Below are positions 56,335-63,988 of a stretch of DNA of 64,000 nucleotides, in pieces. The DNA is from a virus (taxonomy: Duplodnaviria > Caudoviricetes). The DNA lies in the IMG/VR virus record IMGVR_UViG_3300021958_000023, positions 109,520 to 173,519 of that record; one strand, given 5' to 3'. The stretch's first letter is position 1; every line of letters starts with the position of its first letter. The position numbers and the translations under genes are program-made. The notes beneath the pieces are model-generated. The model was not told the DNA's origin, made no database searches, and saw only the letters and a program-made list of their open reading frames with translations.

Positions 56335-57105
56335 CTATATATACTGTAGCAGATCGCCGTTTTCAGAGATGATAAATCCGTCTCCGCTCTCTAACAATAA
56401 ATAACCTGTGTTAACTACAACATCGTAGTCATAGGTTATCTCAGCTAGCACATCAACAACTCCATAAGGTTCAAATAGTCCCTCATCTGTACGAATTGAT
56501 AATACACGCGAATCTACTATAGCTTGCGCATTCTCAGCTGTTTTTACATCGCGCAGTTTGTTTACCACCTGCTCTACATCTTCGGCTAAATCTTCACAGG
56601 CTGACACTGAGTCATCTTGCATCACATATCCACGTATTGATACGCCAAGAGTGTCATAGCGTAGCCCACCGCCTTGATGCTCACGATTGACTCGTCCAGT
56701 CATAAAACAGATTGTTGGAAAGTCGTTTATCTCTTGCAGATACTTCCAATCACGATGCACATTTGAATATATAGAAGAGTTGAATGAGAGAGGAGGTGCT
56801 GCGATTGATAGAGTTGCAGTGGTATATCCTGAACCACCGTCTACAATTTCAAGAGAGGATACAGAGTCTTGATCTCCAGGCTTGATGGCACGAATTGACG
56901 CACCTGTACCGTCTCCAACTACAGTTATCTCAGGAGCATACTCATAACCACGTCCTCCACCAGTAAGAGTGATTGTATCAATTGCTCCACTAGCAAGTGT
57001 TACAGTTCCAGTAGCCGGTGTTCCAGATACACTTCCACCAATTAACAGAAGTTGCCCACGAAGTGCGTCAAGTATCTTAGTCTTAGCGGTTAGCGATGAC
57101 GGCAT
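56335..57105 (-). CDS. Second tail-terminator paralogue with inserted Gly-rich beta domain and C-terminal LLLESG tail
   Basis: KYLQEINDFPTI and TDEGLFEPYG match the 23442-23888 protein. Confidence 0.75.
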   Translation of the reverse strand: MPSSLTAKTKILDALRGQLLLIGGSVSGTPATGTVTLASGAIDTITLTGGGRGYEYAPEITVVGDGTGASIRAIKPGDQDSVSSLEIVDGGSGYTTATLSIAAPPLSFNSSIYSNVHRDWKYLQEINDFPTICFMTGRVNREHQGGGLRYDTLGVSIRGYVMQDDSVSACEDLAEDVEQVVNKLRDVKTAENAQAIVDSRVLSIRTDEGLFEPYGVVDVLAEITYDYDVVVNTGYLLLESGDGFIISENGDLLQYI

Positions 57106-57862
57106 ATGTACTATCCCCTTTCACGCGTTGACGCGAAATTTTTTCCGCGTACTCATGATTTGTCTCTTCAATCTTTTTTAGAATGTCCCAAGTGTCTTTC
57201 CAGCCACTCACTGAATGAACTGCAGATCCTTCGCGTTTCCAGAGTGCCCGTGCTAGTGGGTAGTCGTTTCCGTCTGGATCACAGCGATCTCCAAAGAATG
57301 TAACTGGCGATTCGCCAAAGTGAGTGAGTATCTGTGATTTGTCAGCTCCCACAGGTCCAATATCAATTCCAGTTTCACCACCAACTGTGGCATGAACCTC
57401 TGGAAAACGTTCATTGATCAGTGAAGCAAGACGTGCTCGTTCACCCTTTTGTTTGTCCCAGTCAAAATAGTGTGTACGTTCATCCCCACGAGCATCACGA
57501 CCGACAATTGAAAAGTTTAACATTCCAGGACGAGCTTCAAAATGACGTCCGTAACGGTGCATATAGGGTGACTGATAGAGTTGTGTTTCTAACCATGTCC
57601 AAAGATGGTCAGGACAGGCCCAACTGTTAGTTGATTGATGTGATCCATAGTAGTAGACATCAGATCCTGAACAGTTGAAGGTATAGGTTGAGAGACGAAC
57701 TATCATTTCACCAACCTGCTCTACAGTTTTTGCATGATCACTTCCGGTAACTAAACACACTGTGTGTGATCGAGTGAATCGCGTGAACCACATTTGAAAA
57801 CGTGCATCCATCTGTCCACGCGAAGGGGTGAGTGTTCCGTCTACATCAAACGCATAAATCAT
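57083..57862 (-). CDS. HAD-IIB phosphomannomutase-like enzyme (eukaryotic PMM type)
   Basis: FDVDGTLTPSR, VTGSD, RPGMLNFSIVGR, GGETGIDI, FFGDRC..GNDY. Confidence 0.8.
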   Translation of the reverse strand: MIYAFDVDGTLTPSRGQMDARFQMWFTRFTRSHTVCLVTGSDHAKTVEQVGEMIVRLSTYTFNCSGSDVYYYGSHQSTNSWACPDHLWTWLETQLYQSPYMHRYGRHFEARPGMLNFSIVGRDARGDERTHYFDWDKQKGERARLASLINERFPEVHATVGGETGIDIGPVGADKSQILTHFGESPVTFFGDRCDPDGNDYPLARALWKREGSAVHSVSGWKDTWDILKKIEETNHEYAEKISRQRVKGDSTYAVIANR

Positions 57863-58305
57863 AGTTTGCTCCTTTGAAACTCTTCGTGACGACGTATCTC
57901 TTCTTGTGCAACAGCGATGCGAAGGGCCGTGGTAGAGAAACGGTGATCACGTTGATTGAAATATATTTCAATGCCTCGATCTAGACATATCTGACGGCCA
58001 GTATAATCACGATTGCGATACTCTTCACCTAGTATACGCACATCAATTGAATACATTTGAAGTATATCTTCCAAGTCTCGCTCTGTACCATATGGAATGA
58101 CCTCATCTACATATGTTACTGCTTTAAGCTGTGCATAACGTTCTACAACAGTTTGTACAGGACGATTCTTCGATGGCCTATCTACACTAGGATCAACTTG
58201 CAATCCGCATATAAGATAGTCACATTGTGACTTAGCGTCACGTAGCATTTGAACATGACCTGCGTGTAACAGATCAAAAGTGGAACAAGTGAATCCTACT
58301 TTCAT
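57859..58305 (-). CDS. Cytidylyltransferase (TagD/RfaE-like, HxGH family)
   Basis: True start MKVGFTCSTFDLLHAGH (58305); RFSTT. Confidence 0.85.
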   Translation of the reverse strand: MKVGFTCSTFDLLHAGHVQMLRDAKSQCDYLICGLQVDPSVDRPSKNRPVQTVVERYAQLKAVTYVDEVIPYGTERDLEDILQMYSIDVRILGEEYRNRDYTGRQICLDRGIEIYFNQRDHRFSTTALRIAVAQEEIRRHEEFQRSKL

Positions 58306-59054
58306 CTCAACTCCTTTGGGACAAAGATCAACTCTCCGCCGCGTGTAAGAGCTGATGAACCTACTTCTTGTCCCAAGTAGTCTAAAACTATATAATCTAG
58401 ACGAGTAATATTTGTCCAGTCGAACCCACCATCTAATACATCTACCCAACCAGGAAAGGTTGGCATATCAACCGCATGATCAACCTGATAGTGTAGTCCC
58501 ATTTGCCAAATAGGACGAACCTCTTCGAGGAGTCGCCCACAGCCTAACATCGCTAGAGATTCCATGCCTTCAATATCCATTTTTACTAGTTGAGGATCAG
58601 GCAAATCGTTCTGTTCTATATAATCGTCTAAACGTGCATATGTAATATGCTTGAACTCTTGTGTATCATGATTTTCCCAACCCATACAATGAACTATCTG
58701 TGCTTCTTTAGTTTCGTTTTTATCAGATAGTGCAATCTCATGTAAGGTAATATCATATGGTGCAAAGTTTTTTGCACATCTTTCTGAGTTACCAGGCCAT
58801 GCTTCAAAAGCATGAACTGTCATTCCTTCAAGTGCAAAAGGTATTGCAAAAGTTCCAATGTAGGCGCCACAGTCATACACTACATCTCCAGGTTTCAAAT
58901 ATTTTAAAAGTGCCGAGTAGTTATGATCAGGACGACTAAAAAGAGTGCCATTACGGATCATCATATCCATATTATGTCCTTGATCTAAAAGATCATGAAA
59001 CTCAATAGAATGTGACTCACCAACACTACTATAGTAGTTAATTACGTTATTCAT
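58302..59054 (-). CDS. FkbM-family methyltransferase
   Basis: YDCGAYIG, HAFEA, ARLDD, VKMDIEGME; likely start 59054. Confidence 0.85.
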   Translation of the reverse strand: MNNVINYYSSVGESHSIEFHDLLDQGHNMDMMIRNGTLFSRPDHNYSALLKYLKPGDVVYDCGAYIGTFAIPFALEGMTVHAFEAWPGNSERCAKNFAPYDITLHEIALSDKNETKEAQIVHCMGWENHDTQEFKHITYARLDDYIEQNDLPDPQLVKMDIEGMESLAMLGCGRLLEEVRPIWQMGLHYQVDHAVDMPTFPGWVDVLDGGFDWTNITRLDYIVLDYLGQEVGSSALTRGGELIFVPKELR

Positions 59055-59590
59055 TTTCCCACCTCGTATAACGTTTGTCCCCAATGATTTTCATAGTGCT
59101 TTACTTCTCTCCAGCCATAGTTTCTAGCAAACTCTCTTAAATATAAGTGTGCTGAGTGAGAAGTGTCATCTAATACAATATAAGTAGGCTTTAGCTTCAT
59201 AGAAGCTTCCATATCTGAAGAAGCAGGTCCTCTCTCATGATTACCATCAATAAATATTAAATCAAATTGACCAACATCAAACTGACGGTTTATAAGAGAG
59301 TGATTTAAATTTAAAAACTTAAACCTAGAACCCCAATGCTGATTAATATAATCAATCGAACCTTGTCTTACTTCAATATCAGTTGAAACTACTGAAACTT
59401 CTGGATTAGTTTCTAACCACATAATCGAAGAATGTCCTACACAGAATCCAAGCTCTAAAATTGTTTTAGCTTTAGTTATTTTGATTATATCTCTAAAAAC
59501 TTCAAAATGATGAGCTTTTAAATGTCCTGTGTGTGGATCATCTAAATTTTCAAAATGTTCTTCAATCATACAGAGTTTCGGTCTCTTCAC
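59051..59590 (-). CDS. Class I SAM-dependent methyltransferase (Methyltransf_24-like)
   Basis: ILELGFCVGHSS, FDLIFIDGNH, IVLDD. Confidence 0.85.
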   Translation of the reverse strand: MKRPKLCMIEEHFENLDDPHTGHLKAHHFEVFRDIIKITKAKTILELGFCVGHSSIMWLETNPEVSVVSTDIEVRQGSIDYINQHWGSRFKFLNLNHSLINRQFDVGQFDLIFIDGNHERGPASSDMEASMKLKPTYIVLDDTSHSAHLYLREFARNYGWREVKHYENHWGQTLYEVGK

Positions 59591-59783
59591 TAATATAAAC
59601 TGGTTTACAGTACGCAGTTGCTCTGTGCTCTTCTGGTACTATGTAAGAATAGTTATAATTACCATAGCGCTTCACTACACTAGCAGCAAAATAATTACAA
59701 CTGTCTATACTTCTAAAATACATTGGTTCAAATCTAACTGGTTTGTCTCCCAGCAGCAATACCAATAAAAAAGCGTGTACCAT
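59562..59783 (-). CDS. Small hypothetical protein
   Basis: AAGGAG RBS; hydrophobic N-terminus; Cys pair. Confidence 0.65.
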   Translation of the reverse strand: MVHAFLLVLLLGDKPVRFEPMYFRSIDSCNYFAASVVKRYGNYNYSYIVPEEHRATAYCKPVYISEETETLYD

Positions 59784-60066
59784 CCAATACTCCTTTATAT
59801 AAAGTAATTGTCGCAGAAATCTGCACCCTCGTCAAGCAAAATTTTTCCATCAAAATAAAATGCAGGTTTTAGACGACATCAAATGCAGAAACAAGTCTAT
59901 AAAAAAATACAATGCAGCCAGACCTTTGATGTTAAATTTTTTTACACCTTATAATATATATGTAAAAATTTCATAGGAAATGACACATTGGTGTTAATAA
60001 CACAGGCGACTTTCTTAGGTTTTTCCAAAAATTACCCTGTGAAAGGCTCTGGAGAAGGGGCCCGCC

Positions 60067-60122
60067 GTCAAAAGATTGACATAGTCCTCATAACCGCCCT
60101 ACCCCCTGTCAAATTGTTGACA
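60067..60122. promoter_or_regulatory. Two GTCAA-N4-TTGAC palindromes
   Basis: GTCAAAAGATTGAC (60067-60080) and TGTCAAATTGTTGACA (60107-60122). Confidence 0.55.
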
Positions 60123-60142
60123 CATTTTTTTTATTTTTGGGG

Positions 60143-60171
60143 TTGATTTAATGATTGATTGAACCTATATT
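60143..60171 (+). promoter_or_regulatory. Early sigma70-type promoter
   Basis: TTGATT-N17-TATATT. Confidence 0.55.
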
Positions 60172-60198
60172 ATACCTATGAACAACGGAGGACATGAC

Positions 60199-60546
60199 AT
60201 GAAACGGATTAAACTTACTTGGGCGCTTCGCGAGGCTTGTTTTACACGCGACAACTGGACTTGCCGCGCTTGTGGTCATCACGACACTACTGGCGCTTCA
60301 CTGCAAGGCGATCATAAAAAGCCCGTGACTAAAGGCGGCAAGAATGAACTTGCTAATCTGCAAACACTTTGCTCGGTTTGCAACAATGTGAAACAAGCCG
60401 TTGAGGTTACACTGCCAATCCGCCAAGCCCCAAGCATGACGCAAACGCTTGGCGAATATCTTAACATGGTGAATGAAAACCGCGAGGTTTTCCGCATCTC
60501 AATCAAACGCAAGCGGATGAAAGAAAACCGCAAGGCGAGGGCATAA
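60199..60546 (+). CDS. HNH endonuclease
   Basis: GGAGG RBS; RDNWTCRACG...DHKKP..KGG...NLQTLCSVCN. Confidence 0.9.
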   Translation: MKRIKLTWALREACFTRDNWTCRACGHHDTTGASLQGDHKKPVTKGGKNELANLQTLCSVCNNVKQAVEVTLPIRQAPSMTQTLGEYLNMVNENREVFRISIKRKRMKENRKARA

Positions 60547-60694
60547 GCCCTTGCCCTCGGGGGCAGGCTAACCCATTGAATTCATTGAGAAATAAAAATG
60601 ATAACCCATTGAAAACAAACGAAACTTTTTTTCATTTACCCCTTGATTTTTACCCTAAGAATGATTATATATAATATATAGAAAGGAATTAAAC

Positions 60695-61162
60695 ATGATT
60701 AAAAATATCTCAATCTTCGACATGGATGGCACGATCATCGACTCTAGCCATCGTCAGGCTACACTTCCAGATGGCACGCTCAATCTTGCCGCTTGGAAAG
60801 AAAACGCAACGCCTGAAAAGATTTTTCAGGATAAGGTTCTGCCATTGGCTCAACAAATCCGCAAGCGTCAAAAGCGTGGCGATTATGTTTTAATCTGCAC
60901 TGCTCGCAATATGACCTTTGCTGATTTTGAATTTCTGATGAATGAGGGCATTTGTCCTGATAAGATTATCAGTCGTCCAGATGGTAACAATGAGCCTGAT
61001 GGACAACTGAAAGCAAAACAACTTGCTTCACTGTTCAATCTAAAGCAATTCAAAAAAGCCTCAAAGGTTATGTTTGATGATGCCGCTTCGGTTCGTTCAT
61101 CACTTCGCAAGATTGGAATTGCGGTTATCAATCCAGAAAAAATTGCAGAAAGGTTTGCATAA
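60695..61162 (+). CDS. HAD-family phosphatase (PNK 3'-phosphatase/5'-nucleotidase-like)
   Basis: IFDMDGT, ICTAR, K, MFDD motifs. Confidence 0.85.
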   Translation: MIKNISIFDMDGTIIDSSHRQATLPDGTLNLAAWKENATPEKIFQDKVLPLAQQIRKRQKRGDYVLICTARNMTFADFEFLMNEGICPDKIISRPDGNNEPDGQLKAKQLASLFNLKQFKKASKVMFDDAASVRSSLRKIGIAVINPEKIAERFA

Positions 61163-61344
61163 TGTTTTTAATTCGAGTTTTCTTTGCGCTTTGCGCTATG
61201 TCTGGATGGTCTTTGATTGTGTTCGGTGCGGCTATTGCTGAATTGCCAGAAACGCATAATCTGATTATCGGTGTGGCTATGATGCTGATGGGCATTATCT
61301 CGGCTTTAATGTTTTCGCATTTAACTATTAGAGGGTTTCGCTAA
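61162..61344 (+). CDS. Small membrane protein
   Basis: Two hydrophobic helices; TAATG coupling. Confidence 0.65.
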   Translation: MFLIRVFFALCAMSGWSLIVFGAAIAELPETHNLIIGVAMMLMGIISALMFSHLTIRGFR

Positions 61345-61547
61345 TGTTTGGAATGATTGGAACTGTTTTGGTTATCTGGCAAATGAGCGCGCTGGCAAAT
61401 GGCGCGCCCCAATGGGCTTTGGCTATGGGTTGCGGTGCCGCTATTGCATGGATGGTGCATGGATACCAGCGACAAGATAAATGGATTTTGCTTACAAATA
61501 TAATCTTGCTTGGCATTGCGATCTATGGCTTGACCATAGGCGCATAG
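61344..61547 (+). CDS. Small membrane protein
   Basis: Three hydrophobic segments; TAATG coupling. Confidence 0.65.
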   Translation: MFGMIGTVLVIWQMSALANGAPQWALAMGCGAAIAWMVHGYQRQDKWILLTNIILLGIAIYGLTIGA

Positions 61548-61603
61548 CCAGCCGCAATCGGCGCCGGTGGTATCTCTACTATTTTTAGGTAAAAAGCGTA
61601 TGT

Positions 61604-61760
61604 AATCAACCACTTACAGGCTGCCCGGGGCAAGTCGGTAAGTCCTTGAAATCATTAGAGAAACTAAGACAGGTGTGATATATTTGCAACAGTTAGACAT
61701 AAAAATGCGATTAAATGAATTTTGTTGTTGACTTTTGCCTTTGGTTTATGTTATAACTAT
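61604..61760 (+). promoter_or_regulatory. Early intergenic module 2 (IHF-like pair, CCCGGGG core, TGT-N12-ACA box, promoter)
   Basis: AATCAACCACTTA 61604-61616; inverted site 61639-61651; box 61674-61691; TTGACT...TATAAC. Confidence 0.6.
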
Positions 61761-61785
61761 ATTATCTAATTAGGAGAATATAACC

Positions 61786-61947
61786 ATGAAGAAAAAGATT
61801 TATGTTGCGAAACCTGTTGAAGGTTGTGAACAATGTGAACTGCTAACTGAAACCTTTGATGATGCAACGGCTTGTAACGAATGCATTGAATATGGTGAAG
61901 CAGAAATTGTTGAAATAGAAATTGATGTTGATGAAAAGGAGATATAG
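61786..61947 (+). CDS. Small acidic CxxC...CxxC protein (53 aa)
   Basis: Read by hand: MKKKIYVAKPVEGCEQCELL...ACNECIEYG...; AGGAG RBS. Confidence 0.7.
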   Translation: MKKKIYVAKPVEGCEQCELLTETFDDATACNECIEYGEAEIVEIEIDVDEKEI

Positions 61948-61950
61948 AAC

Positions 61951-62193
61951 ATGAACACGATTTGGATTGTTAAAGACCAGCATGGCGAAATTTTAGACTT
62001 GTGTGCAGATGAACTTACTGCTCACGCTGTTAAGAAAGATGCAGAAATTAAATATTGTGATTTCAGCATCACTATAATAGAACATCAACTGACAACTCGT
62101 GATGATGTTGGACAGGTAATTATCTTTGAACCTGAAGATGAGGGGATGGATACTTTTGAACTAACATTAGAAAGGAAGGTGTGGGATGCCTAG
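61951..62193 (+). CDS. Hypothetical protein
   Basis: 80-aa ORF with AAGGAG RBS. Confidence 0.7.
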   Translation: MNTIWIVKDQHGEILDLCADELTAHAVKKDAEIKYCDFSITIIEHQLTTRDDVGQVIIFEPEDEGMDTFELTLERKVWDA

Positions 62194-62284
62194 CAAAACT
62201 GGAAGAAATCCTGTCGGCAAAGGTCGCCGCAAGATTGGATCGCAGAAGCGTAAAAATCGCCGCAAGAACAGAAAGAATAAATAG
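62186..62284 (+). CDS. Very basic 32-aa peptide
   Basis: MPSKTGRNPVGKGRRKIGSQKRKNRRKNRKNK; AGGAAGGT RBS; a hairpin follows the stop. Confidence 0.6.
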   Translation: MPSKTGRNPVGKGRRKIGSQKRKNRRKNRKNK

Positions 62285-62300
62285 TCTGAAAAGACTATTT
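62279..62300 (+). terminator. Hairpin/terminator
   Basis: AAATAGTCT-GAAA-AGACTATTT. Confidence 0.5.
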
Positions 62301-62301
62301 A

Positions 62302-62457
62302 ATTCAATGACTTGCAAGACCCCGGGGGCGCGACCCATAACCCATTGTTTTTATTGGGAAAATCTGTTGCATAAATGTCACACTTTTGGATAATTTGAAA
62401 AAAAATGCGTTTGAGGCGCATTTTTTTCTTGCAAAACCTTGAATATTAGTCTATAAA
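62302..62457 (+). promoter_or_regulatory. Early intergenic module 3
   Basis: ATTCAATGACTTG 62302-62314; CCCCGGGGG; inverted site 62338-62350; box 62365-62382; A-tract hairpin; TTGCAA-N17-TATAAA. Confidence 0.6.
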
Positions 62458-62496
62458 TACCTATATATAAAGAGTCAACAAAACGAGGATGAAAAA

Positions 62497-63024
62497 TTGG
62501 CTAACTACATTATATCAATCAACGATGGCAATTCAACACTGTTCAAGACTGGCTGGACTGGAAATCACCGCTTGGATGGCGACAACTTTCCAGAAGGTCG
62601 GTTCAAGGAATTTTTGCGCTCTTATGGTCGCAATGGTTGGACTGTTGGCTTTCACAACTGTTTGGTGATGGATGATGATCGCAAAACTTATTTGGTCGAA
62701 CAACTGTCACAGATTATGATGGCACGCAAAGGGCTTGACCATTTCAAGGCTCAAACAGATGCGATTGCTGTCGGCATCAAATCTGGATGGACTGAAATTT
62801 TTGCTGTATCGCTCAACCAAATCAGAGGCTATCAAGGGAAGGCTGTTCAGATATGCAAAAAATTCAACTGGAATTTTCGCAAAATTCTGAACTACATCAA
62901 AACTTTCTGTCAACAACATTTTGGGAGTGACAACTATGCAGAATATAAATATGGCGAAAAAGTCTGGAGAACAACGCCCTTTAATCGTAAGGTCAAAAAG
63001 GTCAATCGCCAGACTAAGAAATGA
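62497..63024 (+). CDS. Hypothetical protein, possibly GIY-YIG/T5orf172-like
   Basis: YIISI...FKTGWT...PEGRFKEF pattern; TTG start after GAGG. Confidence 0.45.
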   Translation: MANYIISINDGNSTLFKTGWTGNHRLDGDNFPEGRFKEFLRSYGRNGWTVGFHNCLVMDDDRKTYLVEQLSQIMMARKGLDHFKAQTDAIAVGIKSGWTEIFAVSLNQIRGYQGKAVQICKKFNWNFRKILNYIKTFCQQHFGSDNYAEYKYGEKVWRTTPFNRKVKKVNRQTKK

Positions 63025-63077
63025 CCTTCATTTTGTGAATAAGAAAAGACTGATGAAACTAGCGGAGAAATTGAAAA

Positions 63078-63317
63078 ATGATTAAACTTGAAAATCTGAG
63101 ACATGACGAAATCGAAAATCTCACCAATGACGAACTGCATGAGGCGGTTGTGTTGTTGGAAAACGCTCAACCTTCAGAGCGTCAAGCGCAACTGCTAAAT
63201 CGTGCGCTTGATGAAATTGACGAGCGCGAACAATGGCAAGACGATGGTCAGCCAGATTGGGCGCAAGAATGGGAAGATTTTGGGGAGGTCTACGACGATG
63301 CGCCAGAATACATTTAA
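63078..63317 (+). CDS. Small acidic protein (DDGQPDWAQEWEDF motif)
   Basis: 79-aa ORF with GGAG RBS. Confidence 0.7.
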   Translation: MIKLENLRHDEIENLTNDELHEAVVLLENAQPSERQAQLLNRALDEIDEREQWQDDGQPDWAQEWEDFGEVYDDAPEYI

Positions 63318-63408
63318 GCGGTTGGCTGTCGGTCTCTATCTTGGCTATTCGGTCGCAACTGATACGATAATTTGGGGAGGCGCGTTATACTGGCTGATTT
63401 TTAAGTGA
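63298..63408 (+). CDS. Small membrane peptide (36 aa)
   Basis: GGAGG RBS; MRQNTFKRLAVGLYLGYSVATDTIIWGGALYWLIFK. Confidence 0.55.
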   Translation: MRQNTFKRLAVGLYLGYSVATDTIIWGGALYWLIFK

Positions 63409-63562
63409 AATCAACCAGTTACGGCGCGGCCGGGGGAGCGGCTAAGTCATTGATTTAATTGATAAAATGTGTTGCATAAATACAACACTTTTGGCTTTTT
63501 ACGAAAAAAATGCAATCACACTGCATTTTTTGCTTTACTTTCTGGAAAAAATCGTTTATAAC
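63409..63562 (+). promoter_or_regulatory. Early intergenic module 4
   Basis: AATCAACCAGTTA 63409-63421; CCGGGGG; TAAGTCATTGATT 63443-63455; box 63470-63487; A-tract hairpin; TTTACT-N17-TATAAC. Confidence 0.6.
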
Positions 63563-63649
63563 TATATATATTAAATCAGAGAGCGTTAAGAAAGGTCATG
63601 TGACTAGTCCTGAAAATGGAAACCTCTCTTAGTCATAAGGATGTTAAAA

Positions 63650-63955
63650 ATGACTGCAAAAAATGTTAACTACTCACCAGAACTCACTCAAAAGGCTGTT
63701 GACCTCTATCAAGAGGGAATCGCTATTTCTGAAATCGCAGATGCGATTGGAAAATCTGTGCGTTCTGTTCGCTCAAAATTGGTTCGTGAAGGTGTCTATG
63801 TGACACAACCAAAACAGACTGCTAAAAAGTCTGATGAACCAACCAAAAAGGAAATTATGATTGAACTTGAAAAAGTCGTTCCATTTCCTGCTGATGGTCT
63901 GATGGGTGCAACTAAAGCCTGTCTGTTGGCTATCTTGGCTCACTACGAGCAATAA
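63650..63955 (+). CDS. T5 A2-like DNA-binding (HTH) pre-early protein
   Basis: TQKAVDLYQ...EIADAIGKSVRSVRSKL resembles T5 A2 (TQKAVSMYQ...EIAKAVG...SVRSKL, recalled from memory). Confidence 0.7.
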   Translation: MTAKNVNYSPELTQKAVDLYQEGIAISEIADAIGKSVRSVRSKLVREGVYVTQPKQTAKKSDEPTKKEIMIELEKVVPFPADGLMGATKACLLAILAHYEQ

Positions 63956-63962
63956 AAAAATA

Positions 63963-63988
63963 TGGGGGTGAAATTCCCCCAACTCTTT
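63963..63988 (+). terminator. Probable terminator after the A2-like gene
   Basis: GGGGG-TGAAATT-CCCCC hairpin. Confidence 0.5.

Noticed and set aside
332-59768. Many plus-strand ORFs of 60-120 aa in the ORF track, and short alternative-frame minus ORFs inside large genes
   Set aside because: They lie antisense to or nested in well-supported genes and have no recognisable motifs; they are shadow ORFs.
60178-60546. HNH as part of an intron or other mobile element
   Set aside because: It is free-standing with its own promoter and RBS; no interrupted gene or intron structure is seen.
62181-62393. 70-aa ORF from the track
   Set aside because: It runs through a hairpin and the regulatory module; the 32-aa frame at 62186 has the better RBS and stop context.
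63045-63072. Hammerhead ribozyme core (CTGATGA...GAAA)
   Set aside because: No stem II pairing between the core motifs and no convincing stems I/III.
61620-63440. KOPS (GGGNAGGG) or matS sites in the GC cores and boxes
   Set aside because: The sequences do not match either consensus.
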